Assembly: GCA_036309165.1 (NCBI GenBank)
Contig: JAXJUI010000053.1
Location: 1,447 to 65,446, forward strand
DNA length: 64,000 nucleotides
Origin: Agathobacter sp.
GTDB lineage: Bacteria; Bacillota; Clostridia; Lachnospirales; Lachnospiraceae
Direction of reading: 5' to 3'
In this document: positions 47,677-57,150 of the stretch, piece after piece
How the letters are laid out: each line of letters starts with the position of its first letter
Position numbering within the stretch: the stretch's first letter is position 1
Notes under the pieces: model-generated
Seen by the model: only the letters and a program-made list of their open reading frames with translations
The model's database searches: none
What the model was told of the DNA's origin: nothing
Program-made: the position numbers and the translations under genes

Positions 47677-49284
47677 TTACTCCCAATCTTCGTTTAACCA
47701 GTTGCGAAGCAATAACGCAACGGCATCCGGATTTTCATCCACAAATTTCTCAATGAGAATTCTAATCTCAGATTTCTCTGAATAACCAATATCTTCTAGT
47801 TGTTCTGAAAGTTCTGATGTAGATTCAAGCAATGACTCAACAGAAAGTTCTGGTTCTTCTTCCACTTGTTTTTGTGTTCTTGTACTACGGAAAACAACAT
47901 AGCCAAGAAGTGCAAAAATAAGCACTACTAGAGCAATTTGGAAAATATCTGTCCATGATCTTGTTGTTGTATCCTCATAAACAAACTGTGGTTGTTCAAA
48001 GCACATAAATGAAATATTTGACTCAGGGAACCCCGTTGCTTTTGCAATCAATGTAATATACTCAGGGTCAACCTCTACTTTTACAGGCTCATTATTTTGT
48101 TCTTCAAACTCTTCAAAAGTCATTTCGTCTAACAGACCAGCCTCTCGCATCTTCACTTCGTCATAAATAACATAGCGATTTGCTACTACAGAAATTGAAG
48201 ATTCATCATATTTAATTTTTCCACCCTGTGAAATAATCTGAGTAATATATTCATTATTGCTATACTCTCTATCAACATCAGAAATCGTATTGTATGAATA
48301 ATCATCATCTGGTGTTGTATAGGTTGTATCATCCCCATTAGCATCTGTTCCAGGAACATTGCCACTTCCACCATAAGATTCTGATTCATATTCTGAGCTT
48401 GAATCTAGCACACCACTACTCATTCCATCCGGATACGAGAATTCATGGGAAGTACTTTCTGTTTGATCATAGTCCACAACAAGATTGATTACAGGCTGTA
48501 CTTCCGAGAAAATCTTTGTTTCCTTTAACGCCTGTACAAGCGAGTCACTAATCAAACTTGAACGTCTCTGTGTATCACTATACTGTGAAGACATCATCCC
48601 CATAACTGAGTTTGAATCAGTACCACAATAAATAACATTACATGTTTCTTTATCAATAATTGTAACAAATTCTGTACTTTCATTTCCTACAGCAGTTGCA
48701 CAAAATCGGGCAATACCTGCCGCCTGTTCCGCATCAATACTCTTATTAAACTCTAATGTAACCGCAACATGAGCTTCTTCATCACGGGCCAATATGGTCC
48801 CATCATCCTTCGGCAAAGTAAGTTCCACCGAAGCCGAATCCACGTAATCAAGATTCTCCAAATCATAACTCATCTTTTCTTCCAAATACTTTTGGTAGAG
48901 TTTTGTTTTATCAGCTTCTGTATGCGAAAAGCCACCTGAAGTAACATTTGTAATATCCCAAACAGAAGAATAGATATCATTTTCACCTAATAAAAAGGTG
49001 GCTGTCGCCTCATCTTCTTTCGCCACCTCAAAGGTGTATACATCCTTGATTCTGTATTGGATACTTGAATCTGAATCTAATAATTCTTTTACGTTTGCAG
49101 CTTCCTTTTCGCCTTCACAGGTGATTAATGTGGTATACTCCGGTTGCGAAATAACGACACCTAAAATCACAAGAGCAAGAACTACTACAGCTGTAATACT
49201 GATAAGAAGTGCACGCTGCTTCGTATTAAATTTTTTCCACCATTCCACAATTCGATCAAGAATCTTTTGAATTTGTTCTGGCAT
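47677..49284 (-). CDS. fliF: Flagellar MS-ring protein FliF
   Basis: Two TMs, ring-building region, C-terminal 'NPDAVALLLRNWL'; position in locus. Confidence 0.9.
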   Translation of the reverse strand: MPEQIQKILDRIVEWWKKFNTKQRALLISITAVVVLALVILGVVISQPEYTTLITCEGEKEAANVKELLDSDSSIQYRIKDVYTFEVAKEDEATATFLLGENDIYSSVWDITNVTSGGFSHTEADKTKLYQKYLEEKMSYDLENLDYVDSASVELTLPKDDGTILARDEEAHVAVTLEFNKSIDAEQAAGIARFCATAVGNESTEFVTIIDKETCNVIYCGTDSNSVMGMMSSQYSDTQRRSSLISDSLVQALKETKIFSEVQPVINLVVDYDQTESTSHEFSYPDGMSSGVLDSSSEYESESYGGSGNVPGTDANGDDTTYTTPDDDYSYNTISDVDREYSNNEYITQIISQGGKIKYDESSISVVANRYVIYDEVKMREAGLLDEMTFEEFEEQNNEPVKVEVDPEYITLIAKATGFPESNISFMCFEQPQFVYEDTTTRSWTDIFQIALVVLIFALLGYVVFRSTRTQKQVEEEPELSVESLLESTSELSEQLEDIGYSEKSEIRILIEKFVDENPDAVALLLRNWLNEDWE

Positions 49285-49303
49285 AACAAAGTCCCCTTAC
49301 TCA

Positions 49304-49624
49304 CTAAATCTGCATGTTCATTATTTCTTTATATGACTCAACAATTTTATCACGTACAGCAACCGTATATTGAAGAGCTACTGCCGCTTTACTTTCAGCA
49401 ATTAACAAATCATGTGTATTATCTGACAATCCAAGCGCGAATCGAATCTGTTCTTCTTCTGCCTGATTTTGTAAGTCATTTGTTTCATTTACAGCCTTAA
49501 GCATAGAATCCAAAACAGCACTAAACGAATCATCCTCGCCTTGTACCATTGATTTTGTTTTTGCATAGTCATCTAAATATGTTGAAGAAACAGATGACAA
49601 TGACGAAAGTGTTGATACATCCAT
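49304..49624 (-). CDS. fliE: Hook-basal body protein FliE
   Basis: 'HDLLIA..KA.VALQYTVAVRDKIVESYKEIMNMQI'. Confidence 0.95.
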   Translation of the reverse strand: MDVSTLSSLSSVSSTYLDDYAKTKSMVQGEDDSFSAVLDSMLKAVNETNDLQNQAEEEQIRFALGLSDNTHDLLIAESKAAVALQYTVAVRDKIVESYKEIMNMQI

Positions 49625-49650
49625 AGATTAACCTCTCAAAAAATTACCCA

Positions 49651-50094
49651 TTAGCTTTTTCCAATTGTAAGACCGGCCTGCGCCATTGACTTACTTGCAT
49701 TAAACGCTGTTACATTTGCTTCATAAGCTCGTGTAGCATCGATTAAGTTTGTCATTTCTGTTACCGTATTCACGTTTGGATAAGAAACATATCCATTTTC
49801 ATCTGCATCAGGATGCGAAGGATCATACTCCATAACAAAATCTGTCGAATAATCCTCTGTAACTCGATTTACTTTTACTCCATTCCCAACTGCACGATTA
49901 CGTGAAGTAGAATAATATGTACTAAACGGAGTCACGTTCTTTTCTGCAAACGTCACGATTTTGCGTCTGTATGGATCTCCGTTTTCTGTTTTTGTTGTAT
50001 TAATATTTGCGATATTTTCTGAAATAATATCTGTACGAAAGCGTTCTGCAGTCATACCAGTTGCGCTTATATTAAATGATTGAAATAATCCCAT
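49651..50094 (-). CDS. flgC: Basal-body rod protein FlgC
   Basis: 'SENIANINTT','PYRRK','YDPSHPDA..GYV.YPNVN','RAYEAN'. Confidence 0.97.
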   Translation of the reverse strand: MGLFQSFNISATGMTAERFRTDIISENIANINTTKTENGDPYRRKIVTFAEKNVTPFSTYYSTSRNRAVGNGVKVNRVTEDYSTDFVMEYDPSHPDADENGYVSYPNVNTVTEMTNLIDATRAYEANVTAFNASKSMAQAGLTIGKS

Positions 50095-50130
50095 AGTAGT
50101 TCTCCTTTCAGATATTTTCCATGTTATTTA

Positions 50131-50520
50131 CTATTTCATTACCATCTTCATTCTCGAAAAATTAGAATCAATACTTGAAGTTAGTGCCTGATATTTAAGT
50201 TGTTCAGATGCAAGTTCAACGTTTTCCGTATCAATATCTACGTTATTTCCATCCAAACGATAAGAAAATCCCGAATGATCGGTATATACCTGAGGATTTA
50301 ATTGTGTTAAATCCGCATTATTAATTTTGTGATCAAGCGAAACATGTTTGCATCTTCCAAGTTCATCTTGAAGAACACTTTGAAAATCAATATCCTGACG
50401 CTTATATCCAGGTGTATCAACATTTGCAATATTATTCGCAATTAACGTTTCTCTTGTCCAGCTGGCATCAGCCGCTTTATCTAACACATTAATATAATTA
50501 AAAGCTGTAGAATTAATCAT
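50131..50520 (-). CDS. flgB: Basal-body rod protein FlgB
   Basis: 'ANNIANVDTPGYKRQD', 'DGNNVDID.E'. Confidence 0.96.
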   Translation of the reverse strand: MINSTAFNYINVLDKAADASWTRETLIANNIANVDTPGYKRQDIDFQSVLQDELGRCKHVSLDHKINNADLTQLNPQVYTDHSGFSYRLDGNNVDIDTENVELASEQLKYQALTSSIDSNFSRMKMVMK

Positions 50521-50573
50521 ATTGTATCCTCCTTAAAGTTTCGAAAGTATCACCCATGTATACTATCATATTT

Positions 50574-50601
50574 ATTATAGATTATATCCTCAAAAAAGCA
50601 A
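50574..50601 (-). promoter_or_regulatory. SigA promoter of the flgB operon
   Basis: TTGCTT-16-TATAAT; a second TATAAT at 50581-50586. Confidence 0.6.
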
Positions 50602-50701
50602 GCAATTTTTTGGTTTTTTTACATGATGTAGTGTTTTTTGGTAAAAATAACACAATATGTGCACCACATTTTGTGAAACTCTGTTGAGCGGTCATCATAA
50701 C

Positions 50702-50733
50702 AAAAAAGGACCTATGAAACCATAAGTCCTTTT
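50702..50733 (-). terminator. Intrinsic terminator after codY
   Basis: AAAAGGACUUAUG-guuu-CAUAGGUCCUUUUUU. Confidence 0.8.
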
Positions 50734-50748
50734 AAAACCACTAATCCA

Positions 50749-51522
50749 TTAAAGTTTTTTCTTTTTTAAATCTTCTAATTCATCAAAGATAACATCATTC
50801 ACAACTTTAATATATGTACCCTTCATACCGGAAGAACGAGATTCAATTACCCCGGCACTCTCAAATTTTCTTAAAGCATTTACAATAACTGAACGAGTAA
50901 TTCCTACACGATCAGCAATTCGACTAGCAACAAGAATACCTTCTTTACCGTCTAACTCTTCAAAAATATGAGTAATTGCTTCTAATTCTGAAAATGATAA
51001 TGTACTAATTGCAGATTTAACAATCTGAACTTTTCTTGTTTCTTCTGCTGTTTCCTCATTTACAGAACGCATCATTTCTAAGCTTACAACTGTAGTTCCG
51101 TATTCTGTAAGAATAATATCATCGATATCATATTCTGCGTCCGTTCGGTATTCAAACAATGTTCCAAGACGTTCTCCCGCAATATCAATTGGTGTAATAA
51201 TAGCTCTAGCCTGTTTTACTTCCTCAAATCCAAGTGTCTGCAAATTTACATTTTCTTTCGTAGATAAAATACCAAGCAAACGCTCATTTAACATTGGATC
51301 AATAAATCCACCAACTTCATCAACGATAAGTTCTTTAAGTTCTTCTACCCCTTTGCAGATACTTGAACCTAAAACCTTACCCTTTTTACTAATCACCAAA
51401 ACATTTGAATTAAGAATTTCTGTTAATACCTCACAGATATCATTAAATACAACTTTGGATGAACTGTTATTATGCAACAATTTGTTAATTTTTCTTGTCT
51501 TATCCAAAAGCTGAACACTCAT
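50749..51522 (-). CDS. codY: Global regulator CodY
   Basis: GAF domain, 'TLSFSELEA', 'ASRIADRVGITRSVIVNALRKFESAGVIESRS'. Start MSVQ with GGAGGAG SD. Confidence 0.97.
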   Translation of the reverse strand: MSVQLLDKTRKINKLLHNNSSSKVVFNDICEVLTEILNSNVLVISKKGKVLGSSICKGVEELKELIVDEVGGFIDPMLNERLLGILSTKENVNLQTLGFEEVKQARAIITPIDIAGERLGTLFEYRTDAEYDIDDIILTEYGTTVVSLEMMRSVNEETAEETRKVQIVKSAISTLSFSELEAITHIFEELDGKEGILVASRIADRVGITRSVIVNALRKFESAGVIESRSSGMKGTYIKVVNDVIFDELEDLKKKKL

Positions 51523-51561
51523 TTTATTCTCCTCCTGCTCCGAACTCATCTACTGACAGTA

Positions 51562-51590
51562 ATCATAACATAATTTTTCAGACAATTCAA
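51562..51590 (-). promoter_or_regulatory. codY SigA promoter containing a CodY box
   Basis: TTGAAT-17-TATGAT (TGn). ATTTTTCAGACAATT at 51573-51587 matches AATTTTCWGAAAATT at 13/15. Confidence 0.7.
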
Positions 51591-51631
51591 GGTCAGCAGC
51601 GTAAATATACATAATTTTCACTATATTCGAA

Positions 51632-53716
51632 TTATTTATCCCTTGAATCTTCTACTTTTTCTTCTACAAAACCACATTGCTCATCAGAACATACAAATTT
51701 ATTTCCCTTTGCAACCATAAAGTTGTTACAACGAGGACATTTTTTATCAACTGGTCTTGCCCAACTCATAAAATCACATTCCGGATTATTAATACATCCA
51801 TAATATTTGCGGCCTTTTCTTGTCATCTTAATCACAAGGTCTTTACCACATTTTGGACAAGCCACACCAATTTTCTCATAATATGGTTTTGTAAATCGAC
51901 AATCAGGAAAACCTGGACAGGCTAAGAATTTACCATGCGGTCCGTACTTAATCACCATATTTCTACCACATTCGTCACATAATTCTTCCGTTACTTCATC
52001 CATAATTTCGATTTTATCAAGTTCTTCCTGCGCTACTTCTACAGCCTTTTCTAAATCCGGATAGAAGTTAGAAATAACCATCTTCCAATTTACTTTTCCT
52101 TCTGCAACTCCATCAAGTAAGGATTCCATATTTGCAGTAAAATTCTCATCTACGATGGTTGGGAAAGACTCTTTCATAATATTATTTACAACTTCCCCTA
52201 TTTCTGTTACATAAAGGTTTTTGTTCTCTTTTGTAACATATCTACGCGCAATGATAGTTGTAATAGTTGGTGAATACGTACTTGGACGACCAATTCCCAA
52301 CTCCTCTAATGCTTTTACCAAAGTTGCTTCTGTATAATGTGCCGGTGGCTGTGTAAAATGCTGTTTAGGCATAAACTCAACCAACGAAAGCTTTGTATCC
52401 ATATCAATCGATTTCATCGCAGTTACTTTTTCGAGTTTTTCATCATCCGCTTCTGTATAAGCAAGCATAAATCCGTCAAATACGATTTTTGATGCTGAAA
52501 CAGTAAATCTATAATCTCCAGCACCGATTGTAACTGTCGTTGTCTCCTGTATTGCATTCGACATACGGCTCGCTGCGAAGCGTTTCCAGATTAACTGGTA
52601 TAAACGGAACTGATCTCTTGATAACGAATCTTTAATCTCACTTGGAATACGATTAATATCAGATGGACGAATCGCTTCATGAGCGTCCTGAATTTTTTTC
52701 TCATCCTTCTTTCTATTTTCTCCAGCAGATAAATAATTTTCTCCATAATGCTCTGAAATAAATTCACGTGCAGAAGCATCAGCCTCTTCTGAAATACGAA
52801 CAGAGTCTGTACGAAGATATGTGATAAGACCGACAGTTCCCTGTCCTTTTACATCCACACCTTCATAAAGCTGTTGCGCAATACGCATTGTTTTTGAAAT
52901 TGGGAAATTAAGCGCTTTAGAAGCTTCCTGCTGAAGTGTACTCGTTGTAAATGGTAAAGGAGCTTTTCTTGTTCTTTCACTCTTTTTAATATCACAAACT
53001 TTAAATTCTTCACCTTTTAATTCTTCTAAAACTTTATCCATTTCTTCTTTGGAAGAAATAGCAATTTTTTCTTTTCCTTTTCCATGAAGTTTTGCTGTAA
53101 GTGGTTTCTTTTCTCCATCAACCTGAATATCAGCTTCTAAACTCCAATATTCTTCTGGAATAAAATCATTAATCTCTTCTTCACGGTCACAAACAATACG
53201 AAGCGCTACAGATTGTACGCGTCCTGCGCTAAGACCTCTTTTTACTTTTGCCCAAAGGAGCGGACTAATCTTGTAACCAACCATACGATCTAAGGCTCTA
53301 CGTGCCTGCTGAGCGTCTACCAAATCCATATCGATTTCTCTTGGATTTTTAAGAGATGCTTTTACCGCAGTCTGAGTAATTTCATTAAAGCTAATTCTAT
53401 AAACCTTTTTATTTTCTAACTTAAGTGCATAATATAAATGCCACGAAATAGCTTCTCCTTCACGGTCCGGGTCAGTTGCGAGATAAATTTTTTCTGCTTT
53501 TTTTACTTCTTTACGAAGTTTCGCAAGCACTTCACCCTTTCCACGAATTGTAATATATTTTGGTTCAAAATCATTTTCAACATCAATTCCCAAAGAGCTT
53601 TTTGGAAGATCTCGAACATGACCATTTGATGCCATTACTTCGTAGTTTTTCCCCAAGAACTTTTTAATTGTCTTCACTTTTGCAGGTGATTCCACAATCA
53701 CAAGATACTTTGCCAT
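51632..53716 (-). CDS. topA: DNA topoisomerase I
   Basis: 'IVESPAK', 'ATDPDREGE', 'SAGRVQS', 'ITYLRTDS', C-terminal Zn ribbons. Confidence 0.98.
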   Translation of the reverse strand: MAKYLVIVESPAKVKTIKKFLGKNYEVMASNGHVRDLPKSSLGIDVENDFEPKYITIRGKGEVLAKLRKEVKKAEKIYLATDPDREGEAISWHLYYALKLENKKVYRISFNEITQTAVKASLKNPREIDMDLVDAQQARRALDRMVGYKISPLLWAKVKRGLSAGRVQSVALRIVCDREEEINDFIPEEYWSLEADIQVDGEKKPLTAKLHGKGKEKIAISSKEEMDKVLEELKGEEFKVCDIKKSERTRKAPLPFTTSTLQQEASKALNFPISKTMRIAQQLYEGVDVKGQGTVGLITYLRTDSVRISEEADASAREFISEHYGENYLSAGENRKKDEKKIQDAHEAIRPSDINRIPSEIKDSLSRDQFRLYQLIWKRFAASRMSNAIQETTTVTIGAGDYRFTVSASKIVFDGFMLAYTEADDEKLEKVTAMKSIDMDTKLSLVEFMPKQHFTQPPAHYTEATLVKALEELGIGRPSTYSPTITTIIARRYVTKENKNLYVTEIGEVVNNIMKESFPTIVDENFTANMESLLDGVAEGKVNWKMVISNFYPDLEKAVEVAQEELDKIEIMDEVTEELCDECGRNMVIKYGPHGKFLACPGFPDCRFTKPYYEKIGVACPKCGKDLVIKMTRKGRKYYGCINNPECDFMSWARPVDKKCPRCNNFMVAKGNKFVCSDEQCGFVEEKVEDSRDK

Positions 53717-53738
53717 TTTCTTGCTCCTTTATACGTAT

Positions 53739-54818
53739 TTAGACTATCCGAACAAAGTAATTTGGTATTTCCTCCCGAACAAACCCTTTATTCTCCAAAC
53801 TCTCCAAAATTCTAAGAATATCAGGTAATCGAAATGGTGTCTTATCTACTATCGTCCCTATACCCAAGGGACGAAAATCGAGTAAACTATACACCAATGC
53901 TTCATCTTTTTCAAGTAAAATTTTACGAAAGTCTATCTGAGAATAGCTTTTTTCTTGTAAAATGTGCCACTCTTCTAAGAAATCTTCTGGACTTTCCAAT
54001 ATATGCGCGCCCTGTTTTATCAAGTGATTACATCCACAACTTAGTTCATCATAAATACTCCCAGGAACCGCATAAATATCTTTTCCCTGCTCAAGTGCAT
54101 ACTCTACTGTAATAAGCGTTCCGCTTTTCTTTCTTGCTTCAACAACAATAACACAATCACTTAATGCAGAGATAATCCTGTTTCGCATCGGAAAATTTCT
54201 TCGCATTGCCGGTGTACCAAGTGGATATTCTGAAATAACACCCCCCTGACGCATCGACATTTCATACAAATATCTACTACTTTCCGGATAGCAGACATCA
54301 ACACCACATCCAAGTACTGAGTATGTTTCTCCACCTTCTCTTGCACAACTTTCCTGTGCAAGAGAATCAATCCCCCTTGCCATTCCACTTATAACAGGAA
54401 TTTGATGCTTTGCAAGTAACCTTCCTAGTCGAATTGCTGTTTCTTTTCCATACGAACTACACTCTCTTGCACCAATAACGGACACCACCTTCATATCTTT
54501 CGGTGGAAGTTTTCCTCGATAATAAATCCCATATGGTGCATCCATGATTTCTCTTAGTCTGACAGGATAATCTGATTGTTCTATCGAAACAAAAGAACAT
54601 CCAGTTTCAACAAACTCCATCCACTTCTTATCAATATCTTCGTTATGTTTACTTTCATAAATCGAAAACGCATCTTTTGCTTGCAATCCTTCTATCTTTT
54701 TCAGACTTTCATAGGATAATGAATATATTTCTTTTGCATTCTCACATACCTGCATGAGAATGCGAATCTTACTGTTAGTCATTCCTTTTATATTATGTAA
54801 CCAATAAGCATATTTCAT
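53739..54818 (-). CDS. dprA: DNA-processing protein DprA
   Basis: 'IGAR', 'SGMARGID', 'FPMRNRIIS', 'EA..KSGTLIT', C-terminal winged helix. Confidence 0.95.
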   Translation of the reverse strand: MKYAYWLHNIKGMTNSKIRILMQVCENAKEIYSLSYESLKKIEGLQAKDAFSIYESKHNEDIDKKWMEFVETGCSFVSIEQSDYPVRLREIMDAPYGIYYRGKLPPKDMKVVSVIGARECSSYGKETAIRLGRLLAKHQIPVISGMARGIDSLAQESCAREGGETYSVLGCGVDVCYPESSRYLYEMSMRQGGVISEYPLGTPAMRRNFPMRNRIISALSDCVIVVEARKKSGTLITVEYALEQGKDIYAVPGSIYDELSCGCNHLIKQGAHILESPEDFLEEWHILQEKSYSQIDFRKILLEKDEALVYSLLDFRPLGIGTIVDKTPFRLPDILRILESLENKGFVREEIPNYFVRIV

Positions 54819-56365
54819 CGCAAATCCCCCATGTATTTTTCTTCCAATCCACCACGTAATGATACCGCTTGTTGTAAGTCTGTCATTCGAATAATCGGTG
54901 AACCATCCAAATCGGCTATTGTTCTAGAAACACGAAGGATTCTATGATAAGTCCTCGCTGTAAGGTTCCACTTATCAAACATATTTTCCATATATTTTTC
55001 TTGCTCTTCATTCAAATGACAATACTTTTTTAAATCAGACGAAGGAATTTCACTATTGTAATGATATTTTTCCTTATTAAATCTCTCTCTTTGAATTTGA
55101 TGGCATGCAATTACTCGTTTTTGAATTTCTTCTGAAGATTCGTTTCTATTTTTCTGTATCAAATCCTGATACGACAGAGCTTGTGCTTCCACACAAATGT
55201 CAATACGATCTATTAGTGGCTGCGAAACTCGATTCATGTAATTTTTTAACATTGCGGGTGTACATCTACACTTTTGCCGATCCGGATAATACCCACACTT
55301 ACAAGGATTCATTGCAGCCATCAACAGAAAATTCGATGGATAAGTGACACTACCGCCATTTCTTGCAATATGAACCACCCTTTCTTCTAATGGTTGTCTT
55401 AGCACTTCTAACGTGGTTTTATGAAATTCGGGTAATTCATCCAAAAACAAAACACCATGATGTGCAAGAGATATTTCTCCCGGCCTTGGATTCATTCCTC
55501 CTCCTGCCAAACCAGATGTAGTAATCGTATGATGCGGACTTCTAAATGGTCTTTTGGAAAGAAGTGCATTATAGTTAGTTAGCAAACCACATACACTATA
55601 AATTTTGGAGAGCTCTAATTTTTCTTCTTCTGTTAATGGTGGTAAAATCGATGCCATTCTTTCGCATAGCATCGTCTTACCAGCTCCCGGAGGTCCAATT
55701 AAAAGAATATTATGCATTCCTGCCGCTGCAATTTCACACGCCTTTTTTATATACGCCTGCCCATTTACATCTGCAAAATCGTATTCCATTTCCTTTGTGC
55801 ATGTTTCTTCTATATTAGATGTTAAATCGTTAACAAAATCGGACTGCACTAATTTCCCATTTATCAAAGATGACATCAATACTTTTAAATCCGAAAAAGC
55901 ATATACATTTGCACCCTTTACTAGTTTTGCCTCTTTTTCATTCGCAAAAGGTACCACATAATTTTTTATTCCACTTTTCATACCATCTGAGACCATCGGC
56001 AGTACACCTTTTACTGGCAAAATCTGTCCCTTTAGATTTAATTCTCCAACAAAAATGGTATCCTCACAAAGCTCTCCTGGTGCGATTCCAAGAGCAATAA
56101 GAAGAGCCACTGCCATTGGCAAATCAAATCCAGTACCCGTCTTGCGAATATTTGCCGGTGCAAGATTCATGGTGATTCTTTTTGCTGGTAAAACCACATC
56201 ACAGTTATGTAAAGCAGTCTTTACGCGCTCTTTTGCCTCCTTTACTTCAGATGATAAATATCCAACCAAATCAAACACAGGCATACCTGTGCTTATATCT
56301 ACCTCAACCTGAATTGGAATTGTATGAATTCCAACCACTGTGGCCGTATTTACAACACTATACAT
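54815..56365 (-). CDS. comM: YifB/ComM Mg-chelatase-like AAA+ ATPase
   Basis: 'GPPGAGKT', 'PFRSPHHT', 'GEISLAHHGVLFLDE', 'DRID'. Start MYSVV with AGGAG SD. Confidence 0.93.
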   Translation of the reverse strand: MYSVVNTATVVGIHTIPIQVEVDISTGMPVFDLVGYLSSEVKEAKERVKTALHNCDVVLPAKRITMNLAPANIRKTGTGFDLPMAVALLIALGIAPGELCEDTIFVGELNLKGQILPVKGVLPMVSDGMKSGIKNYVVPFANEKEAKLVKGANVYAFSDLKVLMSSLINGKLVQSDFVNDLTSNIEETCTKEMEYDFADVNGQAYIKKACEIAAAGMHNILLIGPPGAGKTMLCERMASILPPLTEEEKLELSKIYSVCGLLTNYNALLSKRPFRSPHHTITTSGLAGGGMNPRPGEISLAHHGVLFLDELPEFHKTTLEVLRQPLEERVVHIARNGGSVTYPSNFLLMAAMNPCKCGYYPDRQKCRCTPAMLKNYMNRVSQPLIDRIDICVEAQALSYQDLIQKNRNESSEEIQKRVIACHQIQRERFNKEKYHYNSEIPSSDLKKYCHLNEEQEKYMENMFDKWNLTARTYHRILRVSRTIADLDGSPIIRMTDLQQAVSLRGGLEEKYMGDLR

Positions 56366-56411
56366 TTTTCTCCTATTCCAACTATAGGGATATTCGCATG
56401 AACTATGCATG

Positions 56412-56455
56412 AAAAAAAGATGAGTTTATTTTAGCACAAAACCCACCTTTTTCAA
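56412..56455 (-). terminator. sigK terminator overlapping a candidate SigA promoter for comM-dprA
   Basis: AGGUGGGUUU...AAACUCAUCU plus U-tract. TTGAAA(56450-55)-16-TAAAAT(56428-33) with TGTGn. Confidence 0.55.
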
Positions 56456-56457
56456 AT

Positions 56458-57081
56458 CTATTCTTCAAGAATTTGTCTAAGTTTTTCCAATGCCCTTTTT
56501 TCAATTCTAGAAACATAGGATCTGGATATTTTCAATTTTTTTGCAATTTCCTTTTGTGTTTCTTCTCTTTCTCCATAAATTCCATATCTTTTTGAAACAA
56601 CATAAAACTCCCGTTTTGTTAATACAGACTGTATCTTACTTTTAATTTTTCGAATCTGGTTTTTTGCTTCTACTTCTGTCAACACATCTGGTTCATCGTT
56701 TTCAATCACATCCATAAGTTTTATTTGATTTCCTTCTTTATCCATTCCAATTGGTTCATACAAAGACACATCCCCTCTTGTCTTTTTCTTTGCCCGAAAA
56801 TACATAAGCATTTCATTTTCAATACATCGTATTCCATAGGTCGCAAATTTACATCCCACTTCAGGTTTAAATGTCTGTACCGCTTTTATTAATCCAATCG
56901 TTCCAATAGAAATCAAATCTTCAACATTTTCTTCGGACCCTTGATACTTTTTTGCTACATGAGCAACCAAACGCATATTATGTAGAATCAGCTCATCCCG
57001 TGCATTTTTATCCCCACAAGCGATCTTTTTCAAGCACGCATTTTCTTCTTGTGACGATAAGGGTTCCAAAAAAGTTTTCAC
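56458..57081 (-). CDS. sigK: Sporulation sigma factor SigK (no pro-peptide)
   Basis: 'F.EPLS', 'HNMRLVAHVAKKY', 'DLISIGTIGLIKA', 'VSLYEPIG.DKEGN', 'ISRSYVSRIEKRAL'. Confidence 0.88.
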   Translation of the reverse strand: MKTFLEPLSSQEENACLKKIACGDKNARDELILHNMRLVAHVAKKYQGSEENVEDLISIGTIGLIKAVQTFKPEVGCKFATYGIRCIENEMLMYFRAKKKTRGDVSLYEPIGMDKEGNQIKLMDVIENDEPDVLTEVEAKNQIRKIKSKIQSVLTKREFYVVSKRYGIYGEREETQKEIAKKLKISRSYVSRIEKRALEKLRQILEE

Positions 57082-57107
57082 TTTTTTTACTCAATTTATT
57101 CTTTTTA

Positions 57108-57137
57108 TAGTGTATGCCTACTTCTTGTCTTTTGTGC
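57108..57137 (-). promoter_or_regulatory. SigK/SigE-type promoter of sigK
   Basis: AC-17-CATACACTA fits the B. subtilis SigK consensus; the -10 also fits SigE. Confidence 0.55.
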
Positions 57138-57143
57138 TATAAT
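57133..57143 (+). promoter_or_regulatory. Extended -10 promoter, probably giving a leaderless rluA-family mRNA
   Basis: TGTGcTATAAT ends 7 nt before ATG 57151; no SD. Confidence 0.65.
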
Positions 57144-57150
57144 TACAAAC

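Noticed and set aside
16489..50520. Missing flagellin, flgK/L/M/N, fliD/S, flgF/G and cheR as a sign of a defective flagellar system
   Set aside because: These genes normally lie in separate loci in Clostridia, and all genes present here are intact.
50521..50748. c-di-GMP riboswitch or C. difficile-type invertible flagellar switch upstream of flgB
   Set aside because: No class I or II riboswitch core is recognisable, the predicted leader is only ~45 nt, and there are no long inverted repeats or nearby recombinase.
54815..56365. Mobile element inserted in comM (a known integration hotspot)
   Set aside because: The ORF is full length and uninterrupted.
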